Assembly (NCBI GenBank): GCA_044359815.1
Contig: JBIKLL010000026.1
Coordinates: 1 to 32,198, forward strand
DNA from: Pseudobdellovibrionaceae bacterium
GTDB lineage: Bacteria; Bdellovibrionota; Bdellovibrionia; Bdellovibrionales; Bdellovibrionaceae
Direction: 5' to 3'
DNA length: 32,198 bases
Shown: positions 16,732 through 26,413 of the stretch, one piece after another
Numbering within the stretch: the first letter of the stretch is position 1
How the letters are laid out: every line of letters starts with the position of its first letter
The notes under the pieces: model-generated
Seen by the model: only the letters and a program-made list of their open reading frames with translations
Told to the model about the DNA's origin: nothing
The model's database searches: none
Made by a program: the position numbers and the translations under genes

Positions 16732-19059
16732 TTAGTCGCACTTTTTTATTGTTGGTTTCAAGTATTTATTTTTTTTAATCTCTTTTATACTCGGGATCAC
16801 CAAGGCTTCAGGCCCACAAGTCATAAACATTGTAATGACTTTATCCATTGGATCTATTTTATCACCGGAACCAGGATCGCCCAGGCATTTTCCAATTTCA
16901 CATTTTGAAAACTCAAACATTCTTTTTTTTCCACCCTTAGGGTTTTCGAAAGTTAACTGATAGGTTTGTGTCGTGTATGACTCAATTCCACATTTTGAAC
17001 CGCAGCTTACGGGCTTTCCTTCTTTTGACATTCTTTGCAGAAAAGCTGCAAGGTCTTCATTTTTATTGAGCCGAAATTGTAGAGGAGGGTTATCATTGCT
17101 TAAAAGTGGCTTTCCGGTTTCATCAGTAAGGTATCTGACAGTTCTTTGATCATTAGTTTTTTTAATTAGAGTTCCCGGAGATGGGTTTTGAATTTCATGA
17201 AGAGCGAATTTCATACTTTTTTTAGTAGTCACTGTCGTTGGAATTTTTCTTATCTTGTCTTCCCAATCTCCGAAATCATCCAGAATATGAGCATCAATGT
17301 GCTTAAGTCCCTCTTGAGTGATTAAAAAGCGGTTGCAGGATTCAGTCCCACAATCGAAAGCTCGGTGAGTGCCAACATATTTTTCAAGATCATCAATTTT
17401 TGATTCTGGTGGATAGTGTGGGGTTTCTGGAGTTTCAAATTTTTCATCAATGGGTCTTGACGCAATTGAGGAAGATAATTCATTTGAACTGGTTGAATTT
17501 ACTGGGCCATCGCGAGGAGTTTCAATTCCTCCAACCTCAGAAGGTGATTTTGGATTTGTTGGTGACGGATCGGTAAAAATAGGTTTTGGGTCTAGAGTTT
17601 GCGAAGGGCGCACTATGGATTCAGTTTGAGCTGCATGGACATGGGCTGCATCGGCAGCAACCCCTGCCATCATGGTTTTACCAGCCTTAAATCCTAAATT
17701 GGCAGCATCAGAGGCGTAACCCATTAGGTTCAAAGCTGTTTCTAAAAAACAGTTTTCTTGTGCGTAATCAACTTTTTCGCATTTACTATTACTTGTTGCT
17801 AAAGGGGTCTGTATTGTTTTCGGCCTGAAAGAACAGGCCCTCATGGTGGAATCAACAATGCTGACACCATCAACCGCAAAGGCTGCAACAGATAGGTATC
17901 TGCTTGCTTTGATTGATATCGCCCCTACTGACTTGGCCACGGAAAGCCCGTAGCCAATTTCCGCTAACTTTCCACCAGCTTTAACTAATAACCCAGTACC
18001 AATCCAGGTGATTACACCCAGTTTAAACAAATCACCTTGCATTAGTTTTGCACCAGATCCGTATTTGGCATCCAAGCATTGGATTAATTTTTTTTGCTCC
18101 TGAAAATTATCAGCCAGTTTTTTGTTGGATTTCAACCGCGGTTCTACGCCCATGTAAAATGAACGATCATCCTCGATTATCCTGCTGAAACCCGAGGAAT
18201 TAAACAGATCAATCCGTGCTGCTCGATCCAGCCCGGCTCCTCCTTTTGTTCTCAATGTCTGAGATAGCTCTTTTGCACTTTCTGAAAGGTTTTTCGAAAC
18301 AGCAATGTATGCAAGACTTAGTTGAGACTTAATACTCAGAACATTGTTTTCAAAAAAATTGTCGTCCGGATTTTCCTCAAACTTTAATAACAAAGTTTTA
18401 AGTGGCTCCATGTCCGCGTGAGGAATCGAACTATAGATCATAGAACGAGCCAATTGTGTCACGCTATATTCCTGGCAAACCTTGGCGCTGCCGGCAGAAG
18501 TAATTGGTCCGGCTGCAGTTGCGCCATCCCCACGGGAAAACCCAATCCGACAGGGGTCTGTGCCTCCGACTCTCATGGACTTAATTTTTTTAGATGCCCT
18601 TCTAATTTCTTTGATAGCTCCAATTATTCGAAATTCTTCTTTGTCTAAAAGAAAATTTCCATATTTAACAGATTGGCCAGATGTGGCCGTCGCTAGTCCT
18701 GAAAACTTTTTTGCAATAATATGGGCATCTAGGGCGCTACACTCTTGAAGCACCAATGATTTAAAAGCCGTGTGTGCAAAAAAAGCATTCTCTGCTGATT
18801 CATAAAGCCCAGACCCAAAATCTTGTAGGTCACCATTTGGCGTTTGATATTTTCTACATTCTTTTTTTATGCCACGAAATTGATCGGCGACATTCAGAGC
18901 ATTAAACTCGGGACAGGTTCCTTTGCCATGGACGTAATAAGCGGCCTGACTGAGGTAGCCCATAAAACCATCGTAAGCCCCTAGGACAGTTCCAAGAACA
19001 CTGTCGCTAGAAAATCCTAAACTTGAAAAGAGAAGCAATTTGATAAAATAAGAAAACAT
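16732..19059 (-). CDS. Large exported hypothetical protein (Gly/Ala hydrophobic segment, Pro-rich linker, Cys-rich C-terminal domain)
   Basis: 775-aa ORF; N-terminal hydrophobic signal-like segment; no recognised family. Confidence 0.75.
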   Translation of the reverse strand: MFSYFIKLLLFSSLGFSSDSVLGTVLGAYDGFMGYLSQAAYYVHGKGTCPEFNALNVADQFRGIKKECRKYQTPNGDLQDFGSGLYESAENAFFAHTAFKSLVLQECSALDAHIIAKKFSGLATATSGQSVKYGNFLLDKEEFRIIGAIKEIRRASKKIKSMRVGGTDPCRIGFSRGDGATAAGPITSAGSAKVCQEYSVTQLARSMIYSSIPHADMEPLKTLLLKFEENPDDNFFENNVLSIKSQLSLAYIAVSKNLSESAKELSQTLRTKGGAGLDRAARIDLFNSSGFSRIIEDDRSFYMGVEPRLKSNKKLADNFQEQKKLIQCLDAKYGSGAKLMQGDLFKLGVITWIGTGLLVKAGGKLAEIGYGLSVAKSVGAISIKASRYLSVAAFAVDGVSIVDSTMRACSFRPKTIQTPLATSNSKCEKVDYAQENCFLETALNLMGYASDAANLGFKAGKTMMAGVAADAAHVHAAQTESIVRPSQTLDPKPIFTDPSPTNPKSPSEVGGIETPRDGPVNSTSSNELSSSIASRPIDEKFETPETPHYPPESKIDDLEKYVGTHRAFDCGTESCNRFLITQEGLKHIDAHILDDFGDWEDKIRKIPTTVTTKKSMKFALHEIQNPSPGTLIKKTNDQRTVRYLTDETGKPLLSNDNPPLQFRLNKNEDLAAFLQRMSKEGKPVSCGSKCGIESYTTQTYQLTFENPKGGKKRMFEFSKCEIGKCLGDPGSGDKIDPMDKVITMFMTCGPEALVIPSIKEIKKNKYLKPTIKKCD

Positions 19060-19258
19060 GCAATTGTGATTTTATCTCAGAAAAAATCTTAATTACAGTA
19101 ATGAGCTTGCGTCTGCAGACCATTGTCTTTGGACCTAAGGTTAGAACGGGTTGCTGTAGTCGTGACCGATTCTGTCACTCAGCCACTTTGAGCTCTCATG
19201 GTGTGCAAACAATTAAGAAATTAAACTTCTATTGTCGCAAGAAAAATAGGCTAAATTA

Positions 19259-19954
19259 TTATCGGTCAAACGGGGTGTAGTTGTAAATCAAGCTGCCGCC
19301 GCGGATGATTGGGGCAATTTTTTTAGCGACCTCGGAATCGACTGTTAGGCAGCCTTCGCTGCGTCCAACAAAGCCCGTGCTGCGATCGGGGTTTTCGCGA
19401 ACATATTTGTAAGTCCCGTGAAATAAAATTCCACGAGCGCTTGAGTTACGATTTCTGCGCTCAAGCCCTTCCAGCAAAATAGCGTAAGGCCTTTTTTTCG
19501 AGGATCTAATGTCATCTGTCGTGATCAAAAATCCGGGCGGAGTTTCGTTTTTCCCTTTGCGATCACCAAATCGATGCGGGGTTGCGCCCAGGCCCCCAGA
19601 GCCATAGCCATGGGCTACCAAGTGGGTTTCAAAGCGACCATCGTTGTGAATTACAAAAAGTCTTTTTCTGTAAGCTGGTTGGGTAAAATCTGTGATCACC
19701 AAAACATCTTGATTATCGATGCGATGATCGTTTTCGTTAAAAAAGTGCAATGCATTTGCCAGTGCCTTTGGTGGAAGGCCTGAGTTAATTATTTTTTTGA
19801 TCGAGGTTGCTGGCCAATCAGTTTTGGCAAAAAAATCCTGACCTAATTCATTCCAGGCATCAGCGGCTGGGCCCACAGGTTTTTGTTGATTGTTCGAAAA
19901 AGCCATCGCAAAACTTGCGATTAACAAGATTGATAAGAAAATTATTTTATTCAT
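19259..19954 (-). CDS. Murein L,D-transpeptidase catalytic-domain protein (YkuD_2 type)
   Basis: Signal peptide; ITDFTQP..RKRLFVI, VAHGYGSG, LEGLE..N.N...RGILFHG..Y...GRSEGC. Confidence 0.88.
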   Translation of the reverse strand: MNKIIFLSILLIASFAMAFSNNQQKPVGPAADAWNELGQDFFAKTDWPATSIKKIINSGLPPKALANALHFFNENDHRIDNQDVLVITDFTQPAYRKRLFVIHNDGRFETHLVAHGYGSGGLGATPHRFGDRKGKNETPPGFLITTDDIRSSKKRPYAILLEGLERRNRNSSARGILFHGTYKYVRENPDRSTGFVGRSEGCLTVDSEVAKKIAPIIRGGSLIYNYTPFDR

Positions 19955-19963
19955 GTTGTTGGT

Positions 19964-19992
19964 TTCATAGACCCATCGATGGGTGAAAGCAA
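19964..19992 (-). promoter_or_regulatory. Sigma70-like promoter with a palindromic site in its spacer
   Basis: Minus strand TTGCTT-17 nt-TATGAA, 9 nt before ATG 19954. The spacer holds the perfect 14-bp palindrome ACCCATCGATGGGT (19971-19984). Confidence 0.45.
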
Positions 19993-20041
19993 CCCCTGAC
20001 CACAGTGGGTCATCAAAGTTTAAAATTTTTTAAATACTTCT

Positions 20042-20992
20042 TTAGATATCCAAAGAAAAAAGATCGGAATCCAAATAATCCGAAATCGCATCCCCAGTTG
20101 ATGGAATGTTTTCGATAGTGGATAAATCCAAATCCCCAACCAGTGAAGTGGCGTTGATCATCATCTTGTAATAATAATTGTCCAACCAGGGTTTTGCTAT
20201 CCCCACTGTCGCAATCGTTAAAATCCAAGAAAAAATCCCAAAAAATAATAAATCAGAACCCTTCAGCTCAAAATCAAATCGGGAATTTTCAATCTGAGTG
20301 TTTTTGGCCTTAAATTCCCATTGGTTTCTTTTAAGCCAAGGATAATAAAATCCCAATGTCAAAAAAGTCAGGGCATATCCTATGGCGCAAATTCTAAAAT
20401 AATCAGCACCAACACCATTAAATTTAAAATGCTTGTTACCGAACCTTGAATGATTGGTTAACATCCTGCGAACTTCCACAGCAAAAAAGGGATAATAGAT
20501 TCCCAATGTGACGACGGTAAAAAAAGCACCTATAAAATAGGATTTTAAATATTGTCGGACGTTCAGTCTGACACCAAAATTCATATTTCTGAACTGTGTT
20601 CGTGACAGCAAATATCTGGTCCCTGCATAAGTAGCCAGGGCAAAAATAAATGTCCATAGGGTGTATATTGCCAAATTGGCGATCAGACCACCCAAAGGAA
20701 AAAAGGCCATCAAAAAAGCTGCCAAAGCCAGGATGATTGAACCGAAAAAATAAATCAGCCACAATTTAACCCAGCCCCAAAAAAGTTCTTCACCGGTGCC
20801 AGAATAATGAGCCTTTTCGCCGGCAAAATAAGTGTTGCTCCATAAAAATTTTCTGGTGTTGGTTCTGGCCCAGGGTGAATAAATACCGATTGTGATCAAT
20901 ACCAAAAACCAATTGGCAAAAGTCAAAATTGCAAATTCAGTTCCATCGCCTTTGTATTCAAAATTTTGCTTTTTAATGGGCTCAGCATTCAT
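20042..20992 (-). CDS. YjgN/DUF898 inner membrane protein
   Basis: FEYKGDGTEF...NWFL..ITIGIYSPWA; repeated TLGIYYP / TLGFYYPW / TVGIAKPW units; begins 3 nt after the icd stop. Confidence 0.9.
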   Translation of the reverse strand: MNAEPIKKQNFEYKGDGTEFAILTFANWFLVLITIGIYSPWARTNTRKFLWSNTYFAGEKAHYSGTGEELFWGWVKLWLIYFFGSIILALAAFLMAFFPLGGLIANLAIYTLWTFIFALATYAGTRYLLSRTQFRNMNFGVRLNVRQYLKSYFIGAFFTVVTLGIYYPFFAVEVRRMLTNHSRFGNKHFKFNGVGADYFRICAIGYALTFLTLGFYYPWLKRNQWEFKAKNTQIENSRFDFELKGSDLLFFGIFSWILTIATVGIAKPWLDNYYYKMMINATSLVGDLDLSTIENIPSTGDAISDYLDSDLFSLDI

Positions 20993-20995
20993 CAA

Positions 20996-22219
20996 TTATA
21001 AAAACTTTTTAGATAGATTTTCGTTTATCAATTCCAAAAACTTTTCGGTGTTGACGTACTGATCAGTATTGACCTTGTCGCCATAAATGCAGGCAGCCAG
21101 ATCTTTGGTCATTTTACCCGCTTCAACAGTTTCTACACAAACTTTCTCTAAGGTTTCAGAAAATCGGATCAGGTCATTGTTTCCATCTAATTTTCCCCTG
21201 TGTGCAAGACCCCTGGTCCATGCGTAAATTGAAGCAATGGGATTAGTTGATGTTGGCTTTCCCTGTTGGTGCATGCGGTAGTGTCTGGTGACTGTGCCGT
21301 GTGCGGCTTCGGCCTCAATGGTTTTTCCATCGGGAGTGATTAATACTGAAGTCATCATGCCCAATGATCCAAAACCCTGAGCTACCGTGTCTGATTGCAC
21401 GTCACCATCGTAGTTTTTGCAAGCCCAAACAAAAGCCCCACTCCATTTTAATGAGCTGGCAACCATGTCATCAATCAGTCTGTGTTCATAGGTGATTCCG
21501 GCTTCATGGTATTTTGTCTTAAATTCTTTTTCGTAAATTTCAGCAAAAATGTCTTTGAATCGGCCATCGTATTTTTTCAAAATTGTGTTTTTAGATGAAA
21601 AATAAAGAGGCCATTTTTTACTAAGGGCTAAATTAAAACATGATTTTGCAAATCCACGAATGCTTTCATCCGTGTTGTACATTGCTAAGGCCACGCCATC
21701 GCCCTTAAAATTATAAACTTCGTGGGAAATTTTATTTCCGTCTGTGCCTTCAAAAGTAATGGTCAATTTACCAGGCCCTTTGGTCACAAAATCTGTGGCT
21801 TTGTACTGATCACCAAAAGCGTGACGGCCAATACAAATTGGTTTTGTCCAGCCAGGTACAAGCCTTGGAACGTTTTTGCAGATTATGGGTTCACGAAAAA
21901 CCGTACCATCCAAAATATTTCTGATAGTGCCGTTAGGTGATTTCCACATTTGTTTTAAATTAAATTCTTTCACGCGGGCTTCATCAGGAGTGATGGTTGC
22001 GCATTTGATTCCCACGTTGAATTTTTTAATGGCTTCAGCTGATTCAACAGTCACGCGGTCTTCGGTTTTATCGCGGTTTTCCAATCCCAGATCATAATAT
22101 TTTATGTCGATATCCATATAAGGCTGAATCAGTTTAGTTTTGATAAAGCTCCAGATGATTCGGGTCATCTCGTCGCCATCTAGTTCAACAACTGGGTTTG
22201 CTACTTTAATTCGCTTCAT
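20996..22219 (-). CDS. icd: NADP-dependent isocitrate dehydrogenase (eukaryote-like, type II)
   Basis: [55 protein letters not shown]. Confidence 0.98.
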   Translation of the reverse strand: MKRIKVANPVVELDGDEMTRIIWSFIKTKLIQPYMDIDIKYYDLGLENRDKTEDRVTVESAEAIKKFNVGIKCATITPDEARVKEFNLKQMWKSPNGTIRNILDGTVFREPIICKNVPRLVPGWTKPICIGRHAFGDQYKATDFVTKGPGKLTITFEGTDGNKISHEVYNFKGDGVALAMYNTDESIRGFAKSCFNLALSKKWPLYFSSKNTILKKYDGRFKDIFAEIYEKEFKTKYHEAGITYEHRLIDDMVASSLKWSGAFVWACKNYDGDVQSDTVAQGFGSLGMMTSVLITPDGKTIEAEAAHGTVTRHYRMHQQGKPTSTNPIASIYAWTRGLAHRGKLDGNNDLIRFSETLEKVCVETVEAGKMTKDLAACIYGDKVNTDQYVNTEKFLELINENLSKKFL

Positions 22220-22329
22220 CTTTCCTCCAGAAAACTTTTATAAGTACTTTTAAATGCAATTACGGGTTGAAGATCTATCATAAGGTCAATTCATTTAGCC
22301 AGTCAAAAATCACTATTACTCAAGGCTGG

Positions 22330-22358
22330 TTGCTTATCATTTTTTTGCTCAGTATAAT
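22330..22358 (+). promoter_or_regulatory. Sigma70 promoter, leaderless start
   Basis: TTGCTT-17 nt-TATAAT-6 nt-ATG (22365); no SD. Confidence 0.75.
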
Positions 22359-22364
22359 TGATCC

Positions 22365-22865
22365 ATGTCATCAAAACTGAACTTAAAGTTTTTGTCTGCA
22401 ATGTTAGGGATTTTGATATTTTCAAATGCAGCGAATGCTCAAATAACAAGCGATTTGTCGCTATCAACCGGTGCCTACGAGGACCAATCTTACAGCGAAA
22501 TTTCCTATGGATTAAATTGGTTTGTTTCTGAATCCTGGGTTTGGCGAAACGCAGGATGGGCGCGGTTTTCGTCCTCGGCTGTTTTTGGTTTGGACACCTC
22601 ATATCGGTGGGTGTTTGATACCACTCCTGGCAAAAACCAATTGGGATTTGCGGCTTTTGCGGGCCCGGGTCTGCGGATTTCTGATTCCAAAAATACGGGT
22701 TTGATTGCTGAAGGCGGGATGGTTTTAAAGGCCGCTGGCCTGGCCTTAGGTGGGGGGATTAAATATATTTATTATTCGTCTCCTGGACTGAGTTCTGCAG
22801 GTACAGCTAAATCTAAAAATGATTCCAATGTTTTTATGATTATTTCGGTCGGGGCAGGGTTTTAA
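22365..22865 (+). CDS. Small outer-membrane beta-barrel-like protein
   Basis: Signal peptide ending ANA; alternating amphipathic strands; C-terminal ISVGAGF. Confidence 0.65.
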   Translation: MSSKLNLKFLSAMLGILIFSNAANAQITSDLSLSTGAYEDQSYSEISYGLNWFVSESWVWRNAGWARFSSSAVFGLDTSYRWVFDTTPGKNQLGFAAFAGPGLRISDSKNTGLIAEGGMVLKAAGLALGGGIKYIYYSSPGLSSAGTAKSKNDSNVFMIISVGAGF

Positions 22866-22866
22866 A

Positions 22867-24147
22867 ATGACTGTTACAACCATGGATTATGTAGGTACCG
22901 TTTTATTTGCTTGCGCGGTTTTACATACATTTTTGGTTTACCTGATTAAAAAATATTCTCATAAATTTTCTAGGCAATCCCTGTTTTATGAGTTTTTGCA
23001 TTTACTGTCTGATGTGGAATTAGTTTTTGCATTTTGGGCAGTGCTGTTGTTTGGCAGCTTTGTTGTGATCGAGGGCAATCAGGCAGCCATTAATTATTTT
23101 CAGAGCCTCAATTTTACCGAGCCGATTTTTGTTTTCTGTATAATGGCGCTGGCTGCGACTTATCCTATCCGCATTTTTGCCAGCCATTTGATGCAGTCTA
23201 TTTCAACAGGCTTGCACAGGATATTCAGATTCAAACAAGTTCATGCAGACGTGATGATACTGCTGTCAGTGGGAACTTTGTCAGGAAGTTTTATCACTGA
23301 ACCAGCAGCCATTACCATCGTGGGATTAATGCTTAATTCTATGATCAGATCAAGTTCTGAAAAACTTATGTATGGTATTTTAGCTTTCTTGTTTGTGAAT
23401 ATTTCTATAGGCGGAGCAATTACGCCCTATGCAGCGCCGCCGATTTTGATGGTAGCCAAACATTGGAATTGGGATTTTAATTTTATGCTGACTCATTTTG
23501 CTTGGAAGGTAATTGGCGCATGTTTTGTAAATGCAGCCGTTTTTGTATTGTTTTTTTATAAAGCCATTGATGAACATTTTATGACAATCAAGGAATCATC
23601 AAAAAACATAAACCCTTCGCCGGCGTGGTTGTCAGTTGTGCATTACGGATTACTGGGCGCTATGGTGTATTATTCTCATTACACCAATGTTGTGGTCGGA
23701 ATATTTTTTGTCTTTATGGCAGTGAAATTGATCACCAAACATTTTCAAAAACCCCTTAGATTAAAAGAATCTTTAATGGTGGCATTGTTTTTGGGAGGGA
23801 TTATAATTTTTGGGGGACTTCAGCAGTGGTGGTTAAAACCATTGTTGGCCCAGATGGATGACCTGGTTTTGTACGTAGGGGCGACTTTGTTGACCTCGGT
23901 AACTGACAATGCGGCCTTGACCTATTTGGGTTCTCAGGTCGAGGGATTGTCAGATTCTGCAAAATATTACCTGGTCGCTGGAGCCATCGCGGGTGGGGGA
24001 TTGACCATTATTGCCAATGCACCTAATGCTGCCGGGTTTTCGATCCTGTCGCATCGATTTCGCAATGGTCTGAATCCCATCAAACTGCTGATATACGCGG
24101 CCTTTCCCACGGCGGTCGCTGTGTTCTTTTTAGGTTTTTTTAACTAG
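22867..24147 (+). CDS. Putative Na+/H+ antiporter (DUF1504, ion-transporter superfamily)
   Basis: Many TM helices; GSFITEPAA, FVNISIGG.ITPYAAPPILMVA, GGLQQWWL, TDNAALTYLGS, AGGGLTIIANAPN. Confidence 0.85.
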   Translation: MTVTTMDYVGTVLFACAVLHTFLVYLIKKYSHKFSRQSLFYEFLHLLSDVELVFAFWAVLLFGSFVVIEGNQAAINYFQSLNFTEPIFVFCIMALAATYPIRIFASHLMQSISTGLHRIFRFKQVHADVMILLSVGTLSGSFITEPAAITIVGLMLNSMIRSSSEKLMYGILAFLFVNISIGGAITPYAAPPILMVAKHWNWDFNFMLTHFAWKVIGACFVNAAVFVLFFYKAIDEHFMTIKESSKNINPSPAWLSVVHYGLLGAMVYYSHYTNVVVGIFFVFMAVKLITKHFQKPLRLKESLMVALFLGGIIIFGGLQQWWLKPLLAQMDDLVLYVGATLLTSVTDNAALTYLGSQVEGLSDSAKYYLVAGAIAGGGLTIIANAPNAAGFSILSHRFRNGLNPIKLLIYAAFPTAVAVFFLGFFN

Positions 24148-24179
24148 ACATTCCAAGTAACCATGCCTTATTCAAGGGT

Positions 24180-25301
24180 ATGCAAAATCAAACTTCGACC
24201 TCTCAAAATAATCCGCAGGAATCTTCAAATACTTCTGTTGCTAACTCATCTCCAAGTGCAACGATCAAGCTGACTCAGACAGTTCAAAAGGGTGGTTGTG
24301 CCGCCAAGATTGCAGCCTACGAATTGCGAAAAATTTTGTCCCAAGTTCAGTTCCCAGTAAACGACAGCCAAGTGATTGTGGATGGTGGTTTGTTTGACGA
24401 CGCTGCGATTTACAAAATTTCTGATGAACTGGCTTTGGTGCAAACTCTGGATTTCTTCACGCCGATCGTGGATACGCCCAGAACTTTTGGAATGATTGCT
24501 GCGGCCAATGCGATCAGTGACGTTTATGCTATGGGTGGTACGCCAAAAACAGCCATGGCGATTCTGGCATTTCCGTTAGCGACTCTGGACAGTCAGATTG
24601 CGACTGAGGTTTTGCAGGGAGCATCTGATGTGATGAAGTCTGCAAAAGTAAATTTTGTGGGCGGACATTCGATTGATGATGATACTTTGAAATTTGGTTT
24701 GTCAGTGACAGGCATGGTTCATCCCCAGAAAATTTGGAAAAACAGCACGGCGAAATCTGGTCAAAAGCTGATCCTGACAAAAGCTCTTGGTACCGGAACA
24801 ATCACTGCAGCTCTTAAAAGAAACGCCGTCGCAGAATCAGACATAACCGAAGCCTTGGATTCGATGTCACAGCTAAACAATGTTTTGGATTTTGTGTCTG
24901 CAGATTTGCAATCTGTGATCAGGTCAGCCACTGACATTACTGGTTTTGGATTAATGGGGCATGCCATGCAGATGGCAAAGGCCAGTCAGGTAAAGCTTGA
25001 AATCAATTTTGGTAAATTGCCGATTTTAAAAAATGCTTTTGAGTTTATGGCTGAAGGTTTTTTAACAAAGGCTCACAAAACAAACCAAATTTACACTCAG
25101 GATTTTACATCGGTGGCAGAAAACCTGGGTGAGCGCAGTAAAATTTTATTTGACCCTCAAACCAGTGGGGGACTGTTATTGGCGGTGGATGCAGAAAAAG
25201 CCGATGAATTATTGGCAGAACTGAAAAAAGGTTTTTCAAAATCAGAAATAGTCGGTCAGGTCACAGAATTTACGGGAAATCATTGGGTTCAGATTTACTG
25301 A
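24180..25301 (+). CDS. selD: Selenophosphate synthetase (Cys form)
   Basis: GGCAAKI, DDAAIY, QTLDFFTPIVD, AANAISDVYAMGG, GGHSI, TDITGFGLMGH, DPQTSGGLL. Confidence 0.97.
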   Translation: MQNQTSTSQNNPQESSNTSVANSSPSATIKLTQTVQKGGCAAKIAAYELRKILSQVQFPVNDSQVIVDGGLFDDAAIYKISDELALVQTLDFFTPIVDTPRTFGMIAAANAISDVYAMGGTPKTAMAILAFPLATLDSQIATEVLQGASDVMKSAKVNFVGGHSIDDDTLKFGLSVTGMVHPQKIWKNSTAKSGQKLILTKALGTGTITAALKRNAVAESDITEALDSMSQLNNVLDFVSADLQSVIRSATDITGFGLMGHAMQMAKASQVKLEINFGKLPILKNAFEFMAEGFLTKAHKTNQIYTQDFTSVAENLGERSKILFDPQTSGGLLLAVDAEKADELLAELKKGFSKSEIVGQVTEFTGNHWVQIY

Positions 25302-26413
25302 CAATAGATAATTCAGAATATTTTGATCAATTGTTTCCACTGATCGATGTGCGTGCGCCCTGCGAATTTGAACAGGGGCATATACCGGGATCTGTAAATA
25401 TACCTATTTTAGATGATGCCGAGCGAGCTCAAGTCGGAACCTGTTATAAAAAACAAGGGCGTGAAGCTGCGATTGAACTAGGTAACAAAATTGTCAGTGG
25501 TGAAAATAAAAAAACCAAAACCGATCGCTGGACTGATTTTGTAAAATCCAATCCCAGCAGTGTGGTGACCTGTTTTAGGGGTGGGCTCAGATCCCGCTAT
25601 GCTCAGCAGTTTGTAGCTGATGCTGGATTTAAGATTCCCAGACTGATAAATGGCTATAAAAGCGCCAGGGAATATTTGCAGTCGCAAATGGCAAAACAGC
25701 TGAGTGAAAAAACTTTGATCGCCATTTCTGGTCCCACTGGGGTGGGCAAGACCCAAATAGTTCAGAAATTGACGACAGCGATTGATCTGGAAAAAGCCGC
25801 CAATCACAGGGGGTCGGCCTTTGGATTTGTGGGCAATCAGCCGGCCCAAGCGACCTTTGAAATGTCTGTGACCTTGCAGCTTTTAAGGCAGAACAACAGT
25901 TTTGTTTTTACCGAGGACGAAAGCCGATTGATCGGCAGGTGTGTGCAGCCAGAGGTGTTGTTTCAAAAGCTGCGAAGTTCTTTTTTGGTATTGGTGTTGG
26001 ACAGCCGAGCGCGCAGGGCTCAGAACATTGCAGATATTTATTTTGCTGATGAAGACAGTGTGCAAGGCAAATATAATTATTTTTTTGAATCCTTAAAATC
26101 CATCAATAAAAAACTGGGTGGCTTGAGGTATTCAGAAATTTTCGCTGATTTACGACAAGCGCAGCTGCTATCCGCCGAGGGGCGAGCGGGGTTGGCCTTT
26201 GAGGCTAATTTGGTGTGGATTGATAAATTGCTTAGGTATTATTATGACCCCATGTATTTAGACAGTTTGCACAGACGCAATCCACAGGTGGCGTTTGTGG
26301 GAAGTATAGATGAGACTTTGCAGTTTTGCCAATCGTATCTTGGGACCAATGAACAGTCTAATTCTGCAGCTAATAAGCTGCGGGCTTTTTGCGATCTAAA
26401 TATTGCTTTTTGA
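25283..26413 (+). CDS. selU: tRNA 2-selenouridine synthase
   Basis: Rhodanese domain IDVRAP.EF..GHIPG, CFRGGLRS; P-loop GPTGVGKT; DLE..ANHRGSAFG, EDESRLIG, YYDPMY. Confidence 0.95.
   Translation: MGSDLLTIDNSEYFDQLFPLIDVRAPCEFEQGHIPGSVNIPILDDAERAQVGTCYKKQGREAAIELGNKIVSGENKKTKTDRWTDFVKSNPSSVVTCFRGGLRSRYAQQFVADAGFKIPRLINGYKSAREYLQSQMAKQLSEKTLIAISGPTGVGKTQIVQKLTTAIDLEKAANHRGSAFGFVGNQPAQATFEMSVTLQLLRQNNSFVFTEDESRLIGRCVQPEVLFQKLRSSFLVLVLDSRARRAQNIADIYFADEDSVQGKYNYFFESLKSINKKLGGLRYSEIFADLRQAQLLSAEGRAGLAFEANLVWIDKLLRYYYDPMYLDSLHRRNPQVAFVGSIDETLQFCQSYLGTNEQSNSAANKLRAFCDLNIAF

Noticed and set aside
24290..24310. Selenocysteine (UGA) in the SelD active site
   Set aside because: The codon is TGT (Cys) in GGCAAK; there is no in-frame UGA.
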